The notes below the pieces were generated by a model. It was not told the origin of the DNA. It did no database searches and saw nothing but the letters and a program-made list of their open reading frames with translations. From an uncultured bacterium (GTDB taxonomy: Bacteria > Hydrogenedentota > CAZGCA01 > CBFDCQ01): a DNA stretch of 64,000 bases. Each line of letters begins with the position of its first letter. Within the stretch, counting starts at the first letter, position 1. The DNA is taken from contig CBFDCQ010000008.1 of the NCBI GenBank assembly GCA_965603355.1, positions 5,441-69,440 on the forward strand, written 5' to 3'. Shown here in pieces: positions 47,473 to 57,556 of this stretch. The translations under genes and the position numbers were made by a program.

Positions 47473-48519
47473 TTGAGGAAAGACCAAAGCGGAATGGAGA
47501 GGCATCCGATGGCTGAACAGGAATCTCTGCGGAGCAAGATCGAGAAGTGGGTGGCTGAAGGGTTGATCTCTGCGGAGCAGGGTGAGGCCTTGAAACGGCA
47601 CGAAGAAGAGTGTGCAACGCCTGTACGGCGCGTGAAGGCCGATGAGGTCCTCGTTTATCTCGGCAGTCTGGTTGTCTTTCTGGCGATGGCGTTCGGAGTG
47701 GGCGTGAACTGGACGGCGCTGGGGAGCGCCGGCAGGATACTGTCTGTAGCAGTTCCCACAGTGGCCATGCTGGCATTGGGCTGGCGGCTGCGCGGGTCAG
47801 AGAACGCACGGCACAGACGGGGCGCGCAAGCGCTATGGCTGAGCGGCTGCCTACTGAGTGCGCTCTGTTTTGGAGTAACGTTCCATGAGCTGCATATCAT
47901 CGACGACGAGGCGTTCCTAATCCTGATGAGCTGCCTGTTGGCGACGTGTGTCGCAGGCGTTCCCTTCGTGCTGCTCAGGAGCATCGCTCAGAGCATCGCG
48001 TTGCATCTTTGCGGTACCGCAACGCTGATTTCGCTCCTCATCTGGCTGGAAGATTCTGTGATCCCACCCACGTTCAACCAGTTCTATGAGTATCTGTTGC
48101 TCACGGCAGTCTGTCTGGTAGTTGGCGGTCTGTGGCTGGCGCTCTCGGAGTGGCTGCGAAGGAGGGAGAGGATAAGGCTTGCGGACGTATCCCGTATCTT
48201 CGGGACCTTCACGATCTTGATCTTCACTCTCGTCTTGGCCACGGAGGGGCAAGAATGCCCTGCACCTTGGCAGAAGCCGGCGATGGAAGCCATACCATTC
48301 TTGGCAAGCATCGGTTTCATCGCTGCAAGTGTGAGACGGCAGTCGCGAGTCTTCCTGTATGGTGGAGCGGCATTCCTTCTGTTCTGGATCATCTACATGA
48401 ACTTCGAGCATTTCAGGGAGAAGATCGGGATGCCTATCGCACTGCTCATCATCGGCGCGGTGCTCATCGGGCTGGGGCTCGGAGCGGGCCGGTTAAGCAA
48501 ACGGATACGCGGAAGTTAG
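47473..48519 (+). CDS. DUF2157-like polytopic membrane protein
   Basis: The N-terminal amphipathic segment LRSKIEKWVAEGLISAEQGEALKRH followed by 8 or more TM helices matches the DUF2157 layout. Confidence 0.55.
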   Translation: MRKDQSGMERHPMAEQESLRSKIEKWVAEGLISAEQGEALKRHEEECATPVRRVKADEVLVYLGSLVVFLAMAFGVGVNWTALGSAGRILSVAVPTVAMLALGWRLRGSENARHRRGAQALWLSGCLLSALCFGVTFHELHIIDDEAFLILMSCLLATCVAGVPFVLLRSIAQSIALHLCGTATLISLLIWLEDSVIPPTFNQFYEYLLLTAVCLVVGGLWLALSEWLRRRERIRLADVSRIFGTFTILIFTLVLATEGQECPAPWQKPAMEAIPFLASIGFIAASVRRQSRVFLYGGAAFLLFWIIYMNFEHFREKIGMPIALLIIGAVLIGLGLGAGRLSKRIRGS

Positions 48520-48586
48520 CGAGGAGCAAGAGTGTAGCTGAGAAAGGAGGAGCAAAGCGAACAGGGGAAAAGGAGTCCGGTTCGCG

Positions 48587-49312
48587 TTGGTGGGGCGATG
48601 CCAGCCTGGATCCCGCCAGCCAGTGAAAGGAGAAGGAACGATGAGGATCAAGACTGAGTTCATGAGATGGATCTGCCTGGGTGTACTGCTTGCGGTGCCG
48701 CTTTCATGTGTGACGCCGGATGTCCGTGAGACACATGCGCCGGAAGTCAAGCAGGCGGGCCCGTTCGCCGAAGTGCCACCAGAGAAGGAGTGCGAAGAGA
48801 TCGACGCCCGGGCGCAAGAATTCTTGAAGGAAGCCAAAACGAGCAAGCTGACGATCTACGCCGTATACGTGATGAACGAGCCTGCCCGGCATGATCCCGA
48901 TGCGGCGCAACTACTGGCCAGGAAACTTGAGGATGCGGGATTTGAACGGGTAAGTGTGTTCGAAGACCCTGCCGATCTGCCCTTCGAGCCGGAGCCAAAC
49001 GAGCTGAACATCTTTTGGAAGCGCGCTCGAGCGTTTGCTTCGCAGGTCCAGGCAAGACCTCTGGACACCGATTACGTGCTGGTGGTGGACGTGTTCGCCG
49101 ATTTCGAGAAGGGCGCCATGGGACCCGTGCATGCCGCTACGACCAACGCCGAAGGCCAGTTCGCTTACCTCGCGCTGCGGAACAGCCACCATCCTTTATT
49201 CCAAGCGATTGCGCCCAAGTCGATGGACGACATGTGTCGGCTAGTGATTGAGGATATGAAGCGAAAAATGGAGGGCGAAGCGTCGCAGTCCGCACAGCGG
49301 GTATGGCAATAA
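48587..49312 (+). CDS. hypothetical lipoprotein
   Basis: Likely start at MRIKTEFMRWICLGVLLAVPLSC|V (lipobox). No known domain. Confidence 0.4.
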   Translation: MVGRCQPGSRQPVKGEGTMRIKTEFMRWICLGVLLAVPLSCVTPDVRETHAPEVKQAGPFAEVPPEKECEEIDARAQEFLKEAKTSKLTIYAVYVMNEPARHDPDAAQLLARKLEDAGFERVSVFEDPADLPFEPEPNELNIFWKRARAFASQVQARPLDTDYVLVVDVFADFEKGAMGPVHAATTNAEGQFAYLALRNSHHPLFQAIAPKSMDDMCRLVIEDMKRKMEGEASQSAQRVWQ

Positions 49313-49365
49313 ACCTGTGACGGAGAAGTACGAGTCCGATAGAGGGGTGGTGCGAGCACTCAGTG

Positions 49366-50442
49366 TCAATCGCGGTCGCGTCGAATTTCGGCCATGAAAG
49401 TCGCGGCGTCATCCTCTTTGCCGATTTCCGCCGCGATCTTCGTCAAGTTGAGCGCAGTCTCTTCACAGTAGGGGTTGATTCTAAGCGCGCGTTCGAAGCT
49501 CTCGTACGCTTTCTCCTTCTGTCCGAGCTTCCAGAGCGCGACGCCGGTGCCGGCGTGAGCTGCTTCGTTTAGCGGGTTCTCTTTGAGCGCCTCGACGAAC
49601 TTGCGTAGCGCCTCCATATGGTTGTTCTGTTCCAACAATCCCTGTCCCTGTTGGACGAGCTCTGACGCAGCGGCACGACGTTTATGTTCCTCTTCGTCCG
49701 GCACCCTCCACTTCTCTCTAAACAAGTTCTCGTTGTCTCGCAGCAGGTTCGTCCAGCGCTCTCCCTCAACGCCGAGCGCAAGAAAGGTGCGTTCCCCGAA
49801 GTGGAAGATGAAACAGTCAGTTGCAATCAGCAGCTTGAACCCGTTCTGCTGCGCGCGCACGCAGTAGTCGTCATCCTCGAAATTGCCTATCCCAAAGCGC
49901 TCGTCAAGGTATCCTATCTGCCGAATGACGTCCCTCTTGATAAGCATGCAGAATCCGACCAAGCCGATCGCAGCGTCCCACTGGCCCGCGTTACGTCTCG
50001 CGACGTCTCGGGCGTATTGTTCGAGCTCCTCGAGATGGCGGAGCTCTCTTGTTTCGATAAGTTGCGCACCCTTTGCGTGATTTGTCACGGGGCCGACGAT
50101 GCCAACCCTCTCATCGCTTTCGGCGGCCTGAACGAGTGTGGTCAGCCATCCGTCAGTTACTATCGTATCGTTGTTGAGGAGAAGGACGTAGTCGCCGTCG
50201 GCGGCCTTGATGCCCGCGTTGGTGCCGCGCGGGAACCCGAGGTTTTCTTCTTCGCGAATAACGACTGCGCCTTCCAGGGAACGGAAATACTGTTCCGTGC
50301 CGTCGGTCGATCCGTTATCAACAAGTACCAGCTTGTACGGGTAGCGCGTGCATCTCGCCAGGCTTTCGACGCACATTCGCGTGTATTCGAGCTGGTTATG
50401 GGCGACGATCACTACAGAAGCGTGCGCCGCTGCGTTGGACAT
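49366..50442 (-). CDS. family 2 glycosyltransferase with C-terminal TPR repeats
   Basis: GT2 motifs VVIVAHNQLEYT, LVLVDNGSTDGT, DxD region LLNNDT. C-terminal TPR-like helical repeats (..ALWKLGQKEKAYESFERALRINPY..). Confidence 0.75.
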   Translation of the reverse strand: MSNAAAHASVVIVAHNQLEYTRMCVESLARCTRYPYKLVLVDNGSTDGTEQYFRSLEGAVVIREEENLGFPRGTNAGIKAADGDYVLLLNNDTIVTDGWLTTLVQAAESDERVGIVGPVTNHAKGAQLIETRELRHLEELEQYARDVARRNAGQWDAAIGLVGFCMLIKRDVIRQIGYLDERFGIGNFEDDDYCVRAQQNGFKLLIATDCFIFHFGERTFLALGVEGERWTNLLRDNENLFREKWRVPDEEEHKRRAAASELVQQGQGLLEQNNHMEALRKFVEALKENPLNEAAHAGTGVALWKLGQKEKAYESFERALRINPYCEETALNLTKIAAEIGKEDDAATFMAEIRRDRD

Positions 50443-50451
50443 CGTTTTGCT

Positions 50452-52221
50452 CTACTTTCTTGTCACTGTGATAGTGACATCTTTGCCAGGCTCGATCGTC
50501 TGCAGTTGCATTGTAGCCACGGACTCGGCTCGGTTCAAGAAATAGGTTGCACCGCTGACATCGATCTCGTAATCCTCGAAACCGGGATACAGTTTCAACG
50601 TAAGATGTGTGATTCCGTCCGGAGCGCTGATCGTCCATCCGAAACCGGATTCCGATCTCGTGAACCTGCCTACCCGGGCAGCTTTCCTCTCAATCCACCA
50701 CTTGGCCAACTTCGCGCCCGTGTCGTTGAACACCCATTTGCCGTCAAATCGTTTCAGGACGTCGCGGTAAGCCCCCAGACGGTCAACGCATCCGTCAGCG
50801 TCGCGCACATAAGTGCGCCAAAGCAAACTGAACAGGGCGTGCCGGCGGGATGTCTTTCTAACAATATTGGCTATGCGTGCGAGCGCGACTCGTACGTCGG
50901 GATCTTCTTCGAACAGCTTCTCGTCGGCGACGACGGCCGGGAGCTGCAGCGCCGATGAGGCTCGCCGCTCGCTGCGAATGTACGGGAAGTGAGGAAACGC
51001 CAGGCCTGCCCGGTAACCTACGTTATTAAGTCCGCCCGTGCTGCCGTATGCGAACGCGGCTTGCTCGTGTGAAAGATGGCTTCCGGGGATGTATGGGCCG
51101 ACGGTGCGCTGATGCAACCCGCTGACCTCGCTTTGAAGCGTTTCCTCGAGCAGCTCTTTTTCAGACCGCACCTTCGCACAGGTGAGCGATGCCTCTTCAC
51201 TGGCGCTCAACCCGATCTCGAACCCGCTGCGTCTGAGCTCTCCCAACGCGGCGGACATGCTCTCGTTGCTCACGCCGCGCAGGTCTGAGCCCGCGCCGCC
51301 GGTCGCGGGGAAATAGAACGAGGACGAGAAGCTGTGGTCGGTCTCCAGCCGCATGAGTTCCGAGAAGCCACGGAGCGGTTCTTTACGCATTTTGTTGAAA
51401 CGCAATGCACTTGATATATGCGCGAGCGCCTTTCCCGGTCTCAGCCGCAACATCTCCATTGCGGCGCCGGCAACCTCTTCGCGGAACGATCGTCGCGGGA
51501 CGAACTCAACGTCGTGCGAGAGGAATAGTGCCGACTCGTTGGACCGTGGCCAGTACCATTTTTGCAGCAACGCGGTCTTGCGTTCTCGAGCCACAATGAT
51601 CAGCAGATTCAGCACGATTTCCATGTAGTTGTTCACTATCGGTTCGTCCAGGACGTCCGCGCGACGCAGCGGGCGACCGTTGGCAGGCCGGTCTTCTCCC
51701 GCGTCATAGGTTTCTACGCGTCGTTCCGCCTCGCCGGACAGCAGGTAGAAAGCCGAGGCGACCAGGTCGAACAGGATATCAATCCGAAAGGTTTGCGGGT
51801 GGAACGATACGAGCGGTTTCTCGTCGGATGCGTCGATAACCAGTGCGCGGCCATCCGGCCGGGGTGAGACGCATCCGGCAACCAGGATCGGTCCTGTGGG
51901 CATGCCTCGAACGCCGGAGACGTTGGCGGGGCTGATGTGCGAGTCTGCGCCGGACCAGACCGTACCGTAATCCTCGCATTGCACTCTCACCAGGAAACCG
52001 TCACCGCGCCGGCGGGGATCGTCATTGCGCCCGTAGTAGAAGACGACGTCGCACGCCGGGCGCTCGATCCTGCGTGACGGTGTGTCGGCGGGATAAATCG
52101 TGTACGATACGCCAAGGGTGTCGAGGAGAGTATTGAACACGTATTCGGCCTCGCGGTCGAATTGAGGCGAACAATCCAGAACGACTCCTATTTCCATCGG
52201 CACCACTCCCGGTGTTGGCAT
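50452..52221 (-). CDS. hypothetical protein, 589 aa, co-transcribed with the GT2-TPR gene (possible polysaccharide-modification role)
   Basis: Long ORF whose stop lies 10 bp before the GT2 start. No confident domain assignment from sequence inspection. Confidence 0.5.
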   Translation of the reverse strand: MPTPGVVPMEIGVVLDCSPQFDREAEYVFNTLLDTLGVSYTIYPADTPSRRIERPACDVVFYYGRNDDPRRRGDGFLVRVQCEDYGTVWSGADSHISPANVSGVRGMPTGPILVAGCVSPRPDGRALVIDASDEKPLVSFHPQTFRIDILFDLVASAFYLLSGEAERRVETYDAGEDRPANGRPLRRADVLDEPIVNNYMEIVLNLLIIVARERKTALLQKWYWPRSNESALFLSHDVEFVPRRSFREEVAGAAMEMLRLRPGKALAHISSALRFNKMRKEPLRGFSELMRLETDHSFSSSFYFPATGGAGSDLRGVSNESMSAALGELRRSGFEIGLSASEEASLTCAKVRSEKELLEETLQSEVSGLHQRTVGPYIPGSHLSHEQAAFAYGSTGGLNNVGYRAGLAFPHFPYIRSERRASSALQLPAVVADEKLFEEDPDVRVALARIANIVRKTSRRHALFSLLWRTYVRDADGCVDRLGAYRDVLKRFDGKWVFNDTGAKLAKWWIERKAARVGRFTRSESGFGWTISAPDGITHLTLKLYPGFEDYEIDVSGATYFLNRAESVATMQLQTIEPGKDVTITVTRK

Positions 52222-52711
52222 GGAGACCGCGGAAAAGCGTGACCACGTAACGAGCGTGCGCGCAGTTCCCGCATTAATCGGGTTCGTTCTACAGCATGCC
52301 GGCTCGCTTTGTCAACCTCGGCCACGCGTCTGAGACGAGCCACGGAGGTCACAGAGAACGTCTTCTGGGCCAAGGAGGTCTGCCTCAGCCGCGAGATGTG
52401 AGAAGTTAAACCGACACGTGGCGTTTGGTTGAAGAGAGTGGTCTGCGGACGGAGGTTGCATGACCCTCCGAACGCCCTAAAACGGTAATCTGACAAGATT
52501 GGACGGGATGCTCAGGATACCGTCGCAGTCGCGTCCGCCCTGTGTGTGGCTGCCGACGATCCGCAAATAATCACAGGCCCCTTTTCTGAGATGCTTGATT
52601 TATTAAAACCTGAACGTGAGGCCAACATACAATGCGGTATCGTCATTATCATCCGGGCCCGTGTGACCAAGTTCGAAGCACATACGCTGGTACCTCACCT
52701 CGGCACAATTC

Positions 52712-53869
52712 CTAACGAAGGGCCTCCATCCACGGAGGATACGCATCTTCTCCTACGCCGTTTGACGCGAAAAACTCACTGATCCTCTGCGGCAGCTTCC
52801 TTCCGGGAAACAGAAACCTCAAGGGGTTCTGGAATGCAATACGATCAAGCATCTCTGGTTCCGGTGCTAATTCGGCAATAAATGGTTTCACATATTCCTC
52901 CAGTGTCCAAGTATGACGAGTCATCGGCCAATCCGTGCCGAAAATGATCCGATCCTTTGTGCGATCCTGGCCCATGAGATGCTTAAGAATTGGGAAATAG
53001 CGCTTGGCGGTTGTCCTACTCAGAGCTCTGGAGTGATACGAGAGATCTGCGTAAACATTGTCATACTCTTTCATTAAGTCCAGTATCTGGGTGCACCACG
53101 TTTCTTCCTGCCTGTCTTTTCCCATCAACATTAACTCATCATTTCCTCCAAAATGGGCAAAGTTGAGATACAACGCCGGGTGTTTTTGTAGAACCCCTTT
53201 CCAACTTGAAGGACGGCAAAAGTCTCGAGCGCACTCCATACAACGCATCAACTCACTGCTATAACCGCCGTCTTTGGAACAATGCGTAGTAATGGGAACG
53301 GAGTTTTCCTCGCAGTAGCCGTACACGGTCTCCAACTCACGCTCGACGCCGTCAGCATTACAGAAAGAGGAAGGATCAGGATGATAACCCAGGGGCGGAT
53401 ACATTTTCACTCCCAAGAAACCCATCTTGTCAAGAGCCTCTATAGTGGCTTTTGAAGCGAATTTTCTGCGAGGGTCAAACATAATAAAGGGCATTATCCT
53501 CCCCGGGTGTTCAATAGCCATATCCGATGTCAACTTCACTTGGTATCGATATGGACATTCAGGTTTTACGTGAAAAGAGGCAATCTCGAGGTCCATCATG
53601 AGCGGAGTTGACAACACAATATTCGCCTCTTTCATTTCGCCGACAAGTATTCTGGCAACCTCATCGAAATCTCTCCTCATCATGTCGAGGACTTCATGAA
53701 GCTTATCGTACTTTGGGCCCGGCGTCACCACTGTTGCGACTCTTGCGAGCCACGCCGTTCCTTTGCGCCGCAGGAACCATTCTCGGGGAGCCGATCTAGT
53801 CTTGAAAAATCCATCAGAAACGAATCTAAAATTCAGCAAATGACTGTGGACATCTATGAATTGCTGCAT
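52712..53869 (-). CDS. amidohydrolase-2 family (TIM-barrel metal-dependent hydrolase) protein
   Basis: N-terminal IDVHSH metal-binding motif, downstream His/Asp ligands (..HFGG.., ..FGTDWP..) typical of PF04909-like amidohydrolases. 385 aa. Confidence 0.65.
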   Translation of the reverse strand: MQQFIDVHSHLLNFRFVSDGFFKTRSAPREWFLRRKGTAWLARVATVVTPGPKYDKLHEVLDMMRRDFDEVARILVGEMKEANIVLSTPLMMDLEIASFHVKPECPYRYQVKLTSDMAIEHPGRIMPFIMFDPRRKFASKATIEALDKMGFLGVKMYPPLGYHPDPSSFCNADGVERELETVYGYCEENSVPITTHCSKDGGYSSELMRCMECARDFCRPSSWKGVLQKHPALYLNFAHFGGNDELMLMGKDRQEETWCTQILDLMKEYDNVYADLSYHSRALSRTTAKRYFPILKHLMGQDRTKDRIIFGTDWPMTRHTWTLEEYVKPFIAELAPEPEMLDRIAFQNPLRFLFPGRKLPQRISEFFASNGVGEDAYPPWMEALR

Positions 53870-54518
53870 TTGGCCATCCTCCTATGACATATGACACCGG
53901 ATGCGTTCACGCCCCGTCAGAGTGTTGCCGGCGTGTGAGGGTGCTGCTCGCACGTTGGAGACCCCGCGCTTCAATCCCCTTTTCTCACTGAGCCTCCGCG
54001 GAATCACGCATGCAGTCTGGAGACCCCATCCAGGAGCGGAACAGCAGAGTGTGGTGACTTGGACTCGCTTCGGAACTGGGCATCTTTGTACCGCCCCCCA
54101 ATATGTTCGGCCGAGTAACGAAATGCTGATTCTAAGTGTTGAGATACGCCTATGCTCGGTAATCACTCTGGTCAAATAGAGCGTGGTCGCCGCGCAATGC
54201 CACGCGGTTGTTACCCTCAGAGCCCCTGGAGCGTGTCGTAAAATGCGTAACTCAATCGTTGTGAGACAGTTACGGCATTAGAGTCCCGACGCACCTACCT
54301 GACGCTTCTACCCTCACCTATGATGACGGGAGCATGCCGCGTTTTCTTCCCACAAAAGTAAGAAGAGTCGCTTTGAGTGAAACGGGAATGCCGATGTGGT
54401 TCCTGCGCTCGATGGGAGTTGAGGCTAGGAAGGAGGCGACGAGAGCGGAGAAGGCTAGATCTAGGAGGATAGGGTTCCACGGCTTGGGGTTGTGTCTAAG
54501 TGCCTGTTTGGACTTCCT

Positions 54519-54965
54519 TTAGCGTTTCCTACTGTCCAGGAGAATCGTTACGGGGCCCGCGTTGACAAGCTCGACATCCATCATGGCGCCGAAAATGCCT
54601 GTTTGCACGGGCAGGCCTTCGGACCTGATCAGGTCGCAGGTTCTCATGAACAGCGGTTCCGCCGCATCGGGTTGAGCGGATTGAATAAAGGATGGTCTGT
54701 TGCCTTTGCGACAGTCGCCGAGCAGCGTGAACTGCGACACGAGCAGAACAGCGCCCTCAACATCACGAAGCGACCGGTTCATCTTGCCGGCTTTGCCCTG
54801 AAAAATGCGCATGTTAGCAATCTTCCTCGCGATGAACTCCGCATCCTGGTCGGTATCATCCTTCTCGACGCCCAAGAGCACGAGCAGGCCCGTGCCGATT
54901 CTCGCGCAGACCTCGTTGTCTACCGAAACATGTGCTCTTGTCACTCTCTGGATTACAGCGCGCAA
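54519..54965 (-). CDS. dtd: D-aminoacyl-tRNA deacylase
   Basis: MRAVIQRVTRAHVSV...LLVLLGVEKDD...SQFTL...GPVTILLD are Dtd family blocks. TTG start. Confidence 0.85.
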   Translation of the reverse strand: MRAVIQRVTRAHVSVDNEVCARIGTGLLVLLGVEKDDTDQDAEFIARKIANMRIFQGKAGKMNRSLRDVEGAVLLVSQFTLLGDCRKGNRPSFIQSAQPDAAEPLFMRTCDLIRSEGLPVQTGIFGAMMDVELVNAGPVTILLDSRKR

Positions 54966-55051
54966 TTGTTCGTCCTTCTTCTTCCGTTCCTCCCGGCGGG
55001 CGGGACGCCCGCCCTACGTGGAGTGCGGGATCAAACTTTCCAACCTGGATT

Positions 55052-57379
55052 CTAAGTAGGTTTGAGCACCATCACCGATTCGGTCTCTTCGTCGGAGAAG
55101 CGCTCGGGGGTGCTATAGGACACGAGTCGGACGTACTCGCCGTTTTTCCAGAGCTCGAACAGGTCCGCATAGTGCCTGCTCGATCCATCCTCCGACTGAC
55201 CGCCGGGATAGGCTGCGAGCAGCTCGTCGCGTTTGTCGAAACTGGCGATTAGCCTGAGCGTTGCGCCGGCATTCACTTCATTCAAGTCGCCGCCGGGGTT
55301 CAAGGTGTAGCTGGTTCCGCCAACCGGCACGTTCTTTCTGGACAAGTTTTCGACGCGTGCCAGAGACTCGAACCGTGCGCTGTTGAACCGTCCCCATTTC
55401 CATCCGCGCATATCCTCGCCCGCTTTGAGGATGAGCTGGTTCACGGCCTTACGCAGACTTTCTCGTAAGATCGCGTCGAGGGCTTCGCCTTCCGGCATTT
55501 CTACTATTCCCGTCTTCATATGTTCAGGTTGCTCCCTGATAATCTGCTCCAACAGCTCTGCGGGCGGCTCCCACGACTTTTGCCGGGGGAGATCCCATCG
55601 GTCCTCGGGAGCCAGCGTTGCGCCGCGCCACAGGCGGTTCCAGACAGCATCCCGCACAAACATGAACCAGCTAATCCATATAGTCGTCGCCACGCTGTCC
55701 GGGGCGGCTTTGAAATCCCAGATCTTGAGCAGACCGAGCACCCTTGCCATGTGCTGCTCGGGTTTTTCGTCTTGAAATGCCGAGAAGAGCGCGGGAAGGA
55801 AGGCTTCGGCAGCACAGTCGTGCACGTCGAGCTGAAACCTTTTCATGTCCTCGACGCTTACAATCTGGTTGGCAGAAAGCAGATGGTTGATCCGGCGCGC
55901 ACGGTAGCTTGGAGCCCACTGCCAGCCGAGGTAATAAGGATAACTTCGTCCCACAGGACGCTGGTTGGCTGACGCCACAAAACGGCATTCCGGATTCATC
56001 ACGTATCTCAGCTTACTGAACGGTATGAACCGCTGCCAGTCAAACGCGCCGGATGAACCGTCATGAGGAACGCGACCGAATCCGCGTTTACGGATCGGAA
56101 ACCCTCCGGCGGGTATAATAGCCACGTTGCCTTCGTTATCGGCATACGCGAAATTCTGGGCGGGTACGCTCACACAACGGACGGCGTCGAGAAAGTCGTC
56201 GAAGTTCGTCGCGCTGTTGAACCTGAGGATAGCCTGAAGTTCGTCCGACGGTTGGTGACCTACCCACTGCATAGTTACGGTCTGTCCTTCGCGAGTCAGG
56301 ACGGGACCGTGAACCGACAGTTCAATGGCGACGTGTTTCGTCTCGGCGTCCTTGACAGCGATCTCCTCCTCGACGGTCTCGAAACGGCGCCATCTTGCCT
56401 TATGCCGGTATTTCGAACCGTCTTTGGGATGCACCTTCTCGTAGAAGTAGTCGACGACATCAGCACGCGTGCTCGTCATACCCCAGGCGATGTGCTCATT
56501 ACGTCCCACGATAACTCCGGGCATTCCCGGGAAAGTGGCGCCGGCGACGTTCAATCCGTCCGCGACAAGGTGAGCGAGATACCATACCGAAGGGAGGCTG
56601 AACTCCAAGTGTAGATCATTGCAGAGGATGGGTTTGCGCGTCGCGGATTTCGTGCCGTCAACCGCCCAATTGTTGCTGCCGGGCCGTCTGCTTGCCCCCT
56701 GCAGGAAGCCTGCTCGGAGCGCGCGTCCGAGAATGTCATGCGCAGCTTCAAGGAGCCCGGGCACATCATTCGGGATCCTCGAGCGCGCATGGCGTGGTTT
56801 CGACGGCCTCTTGTCCGGAACGACAGGTGTCTCATACGGTCGGTCCAGCGGGTAAAGTGCATCCGCGGCGTCGGCGCCGAGCCCGTCCACCACTGCCGGG
56901 AGCCACAGATCGTCGAAGGAGCCGCAAACGAGCCACGCCACGTACCTCAAAAACGCCAACGAGTCGATCGGAGCCCACGGTTCCATCACGTAGCCAAGCG
57001 TGGCGAAATAGGAGGGGAGTTCGTCCGGCGATACTTCCTCAACGCGAGCGTTGACGCCGCGACAATAGGCTGTGAGACACCGATACGAGAGGCCATCCGG
57101 GGTCATCTCGTCAAGACATCTCTGTGCAGCGCGTTTGAACCCGAGAGTGCGGCAGAACAGGTCTCGTTCGAACGCCCGCTCGCCCAGCACTTCTGCCAGG
57201 CGGCCTTGAGCCGTTCTTCGCAGTATGTCCATCTGCCACATTCTGTCCGTGGCATGGACATAGCCGAGCGCACAAGCGGCGTCTTCGCTGGTATCGCCAT
57301 AAATGTGGGGTATGCCGTACCGGTCCGTTACGATCGTGACGTTTTTTTCGAGCGCGCCAAGCGTCGTGCTTCTCACCAC
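55052..57379 (-). CDS. penicillin acylase family Ntn-hydrolase (penicillin amidase / acyl-homoserine-lactone acylase-like), no obvious signal peptide
   Basis: N-terminal alpha-subunit block IVTDRYGIPHIYGDTSEDAACALGYVHATDRMWQMD. Putative nucleophile serine in GSNNWAVDG. 775 aa. Confidence 0.8.
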   Translation of the reverse strand: MVRSTTLGALEKNVTIVTDRYGIPHIYGDTSEDAACALGYVHATDRMWQMDILRRTAQGRLAEVLGERAFERDLFCRTLGFKRAAQRCLDEMTPDGLSYRCLTAYCRGVNARVEEVSPDELPSYFATLGYVMEPWAPIDSLAFLRYVAWLVCGSFDDLWLPAVVDGLGADAADALYPLDRPYETPVVPDKRPSKPRHARSRIPNDVPGLLEAAHDILGRALRAGFLQGASRRPGSNNWAVDGTKSATRKPILCNDLHLEFSLPSVWYLAHLVADGLNVAGATFPGMPGVIVGRNEHIAWGMTSTRADVVDYFYEKVHPKDGSKYRHKARWRRFETVEEEIAVKDAETKHVAIELSVHGPVLTREGQTVTMQWVGHQPSDELQAILRFNSATNFDDFLDAVRCVSVPAQNFAYADNEGNVAIIPAGGFPIRKRGFGRVPHDGSSGAFDWQRFIPFSKLRYVMNPECRFVASANQRPVGRSYPYYLGWQWAPSYRARRINHLLSANQIVSVEDMKRFQLDVHDCAAEAFLPALFSAFQDEKPEQHMARVLGLLKIWDFKAAPDSVATTIWISWFMFVRDAVWNRLWRGATLAPEDRWDLPRQKSWEPPAELLEQIIREQPEHMKTGIVEMPEGEALDAILRESLRKAVNQLILKAGEDMRGWKWGRFNSARFESLARVENLSRKNVPVGGTSYTLNPGGDLNEVNAGATLRLIASFDKRDELLAAYPGGQSEDGSSRHYADLFELWKNGEYVRLVSYSTPERFSDEETESVMVLKPT

Positions 57380-57556
57380 CGCGCGTACCTCCCACCAGAT
57401 TCGTTCCCCGCCAAGCTTGCCGTATGATTATATGCCAAGATACCGGATAAGGCAAGGCGTGTTGTCCAACAATTCCATGTCCGGGTGTAGCATTGTAGAA
57501 TAAAGGCCGCTGCCTCGCGCAAATACCTACCTGCAAAACTCGAGATGCTGTCGAGA

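Noticed and set aside
53870-54518. tmRNA, RNase P RNA or SRP RNA in the large noncoding gap
   Set aside because: I looked for the tmRNA 5' GGGGCUGAUUCUGGAUUCGAC and tRNA-like 3' end, the RNase P AGGAAAGUCCGGGCUCC box and the SRP GGAAGGAAGCAGCC box on both strands. None was found. The partial gctgattctaag is too short to count.
54985-55015. Hairpin gggcggg-acg-cccgccc between the acylase and dtd as a terminator
   Set aside because: The stem is GC-rich but lacks a flanking U-tract on the minus strand, and it overlaps the RBS region of dtd. It was kept only as a note.
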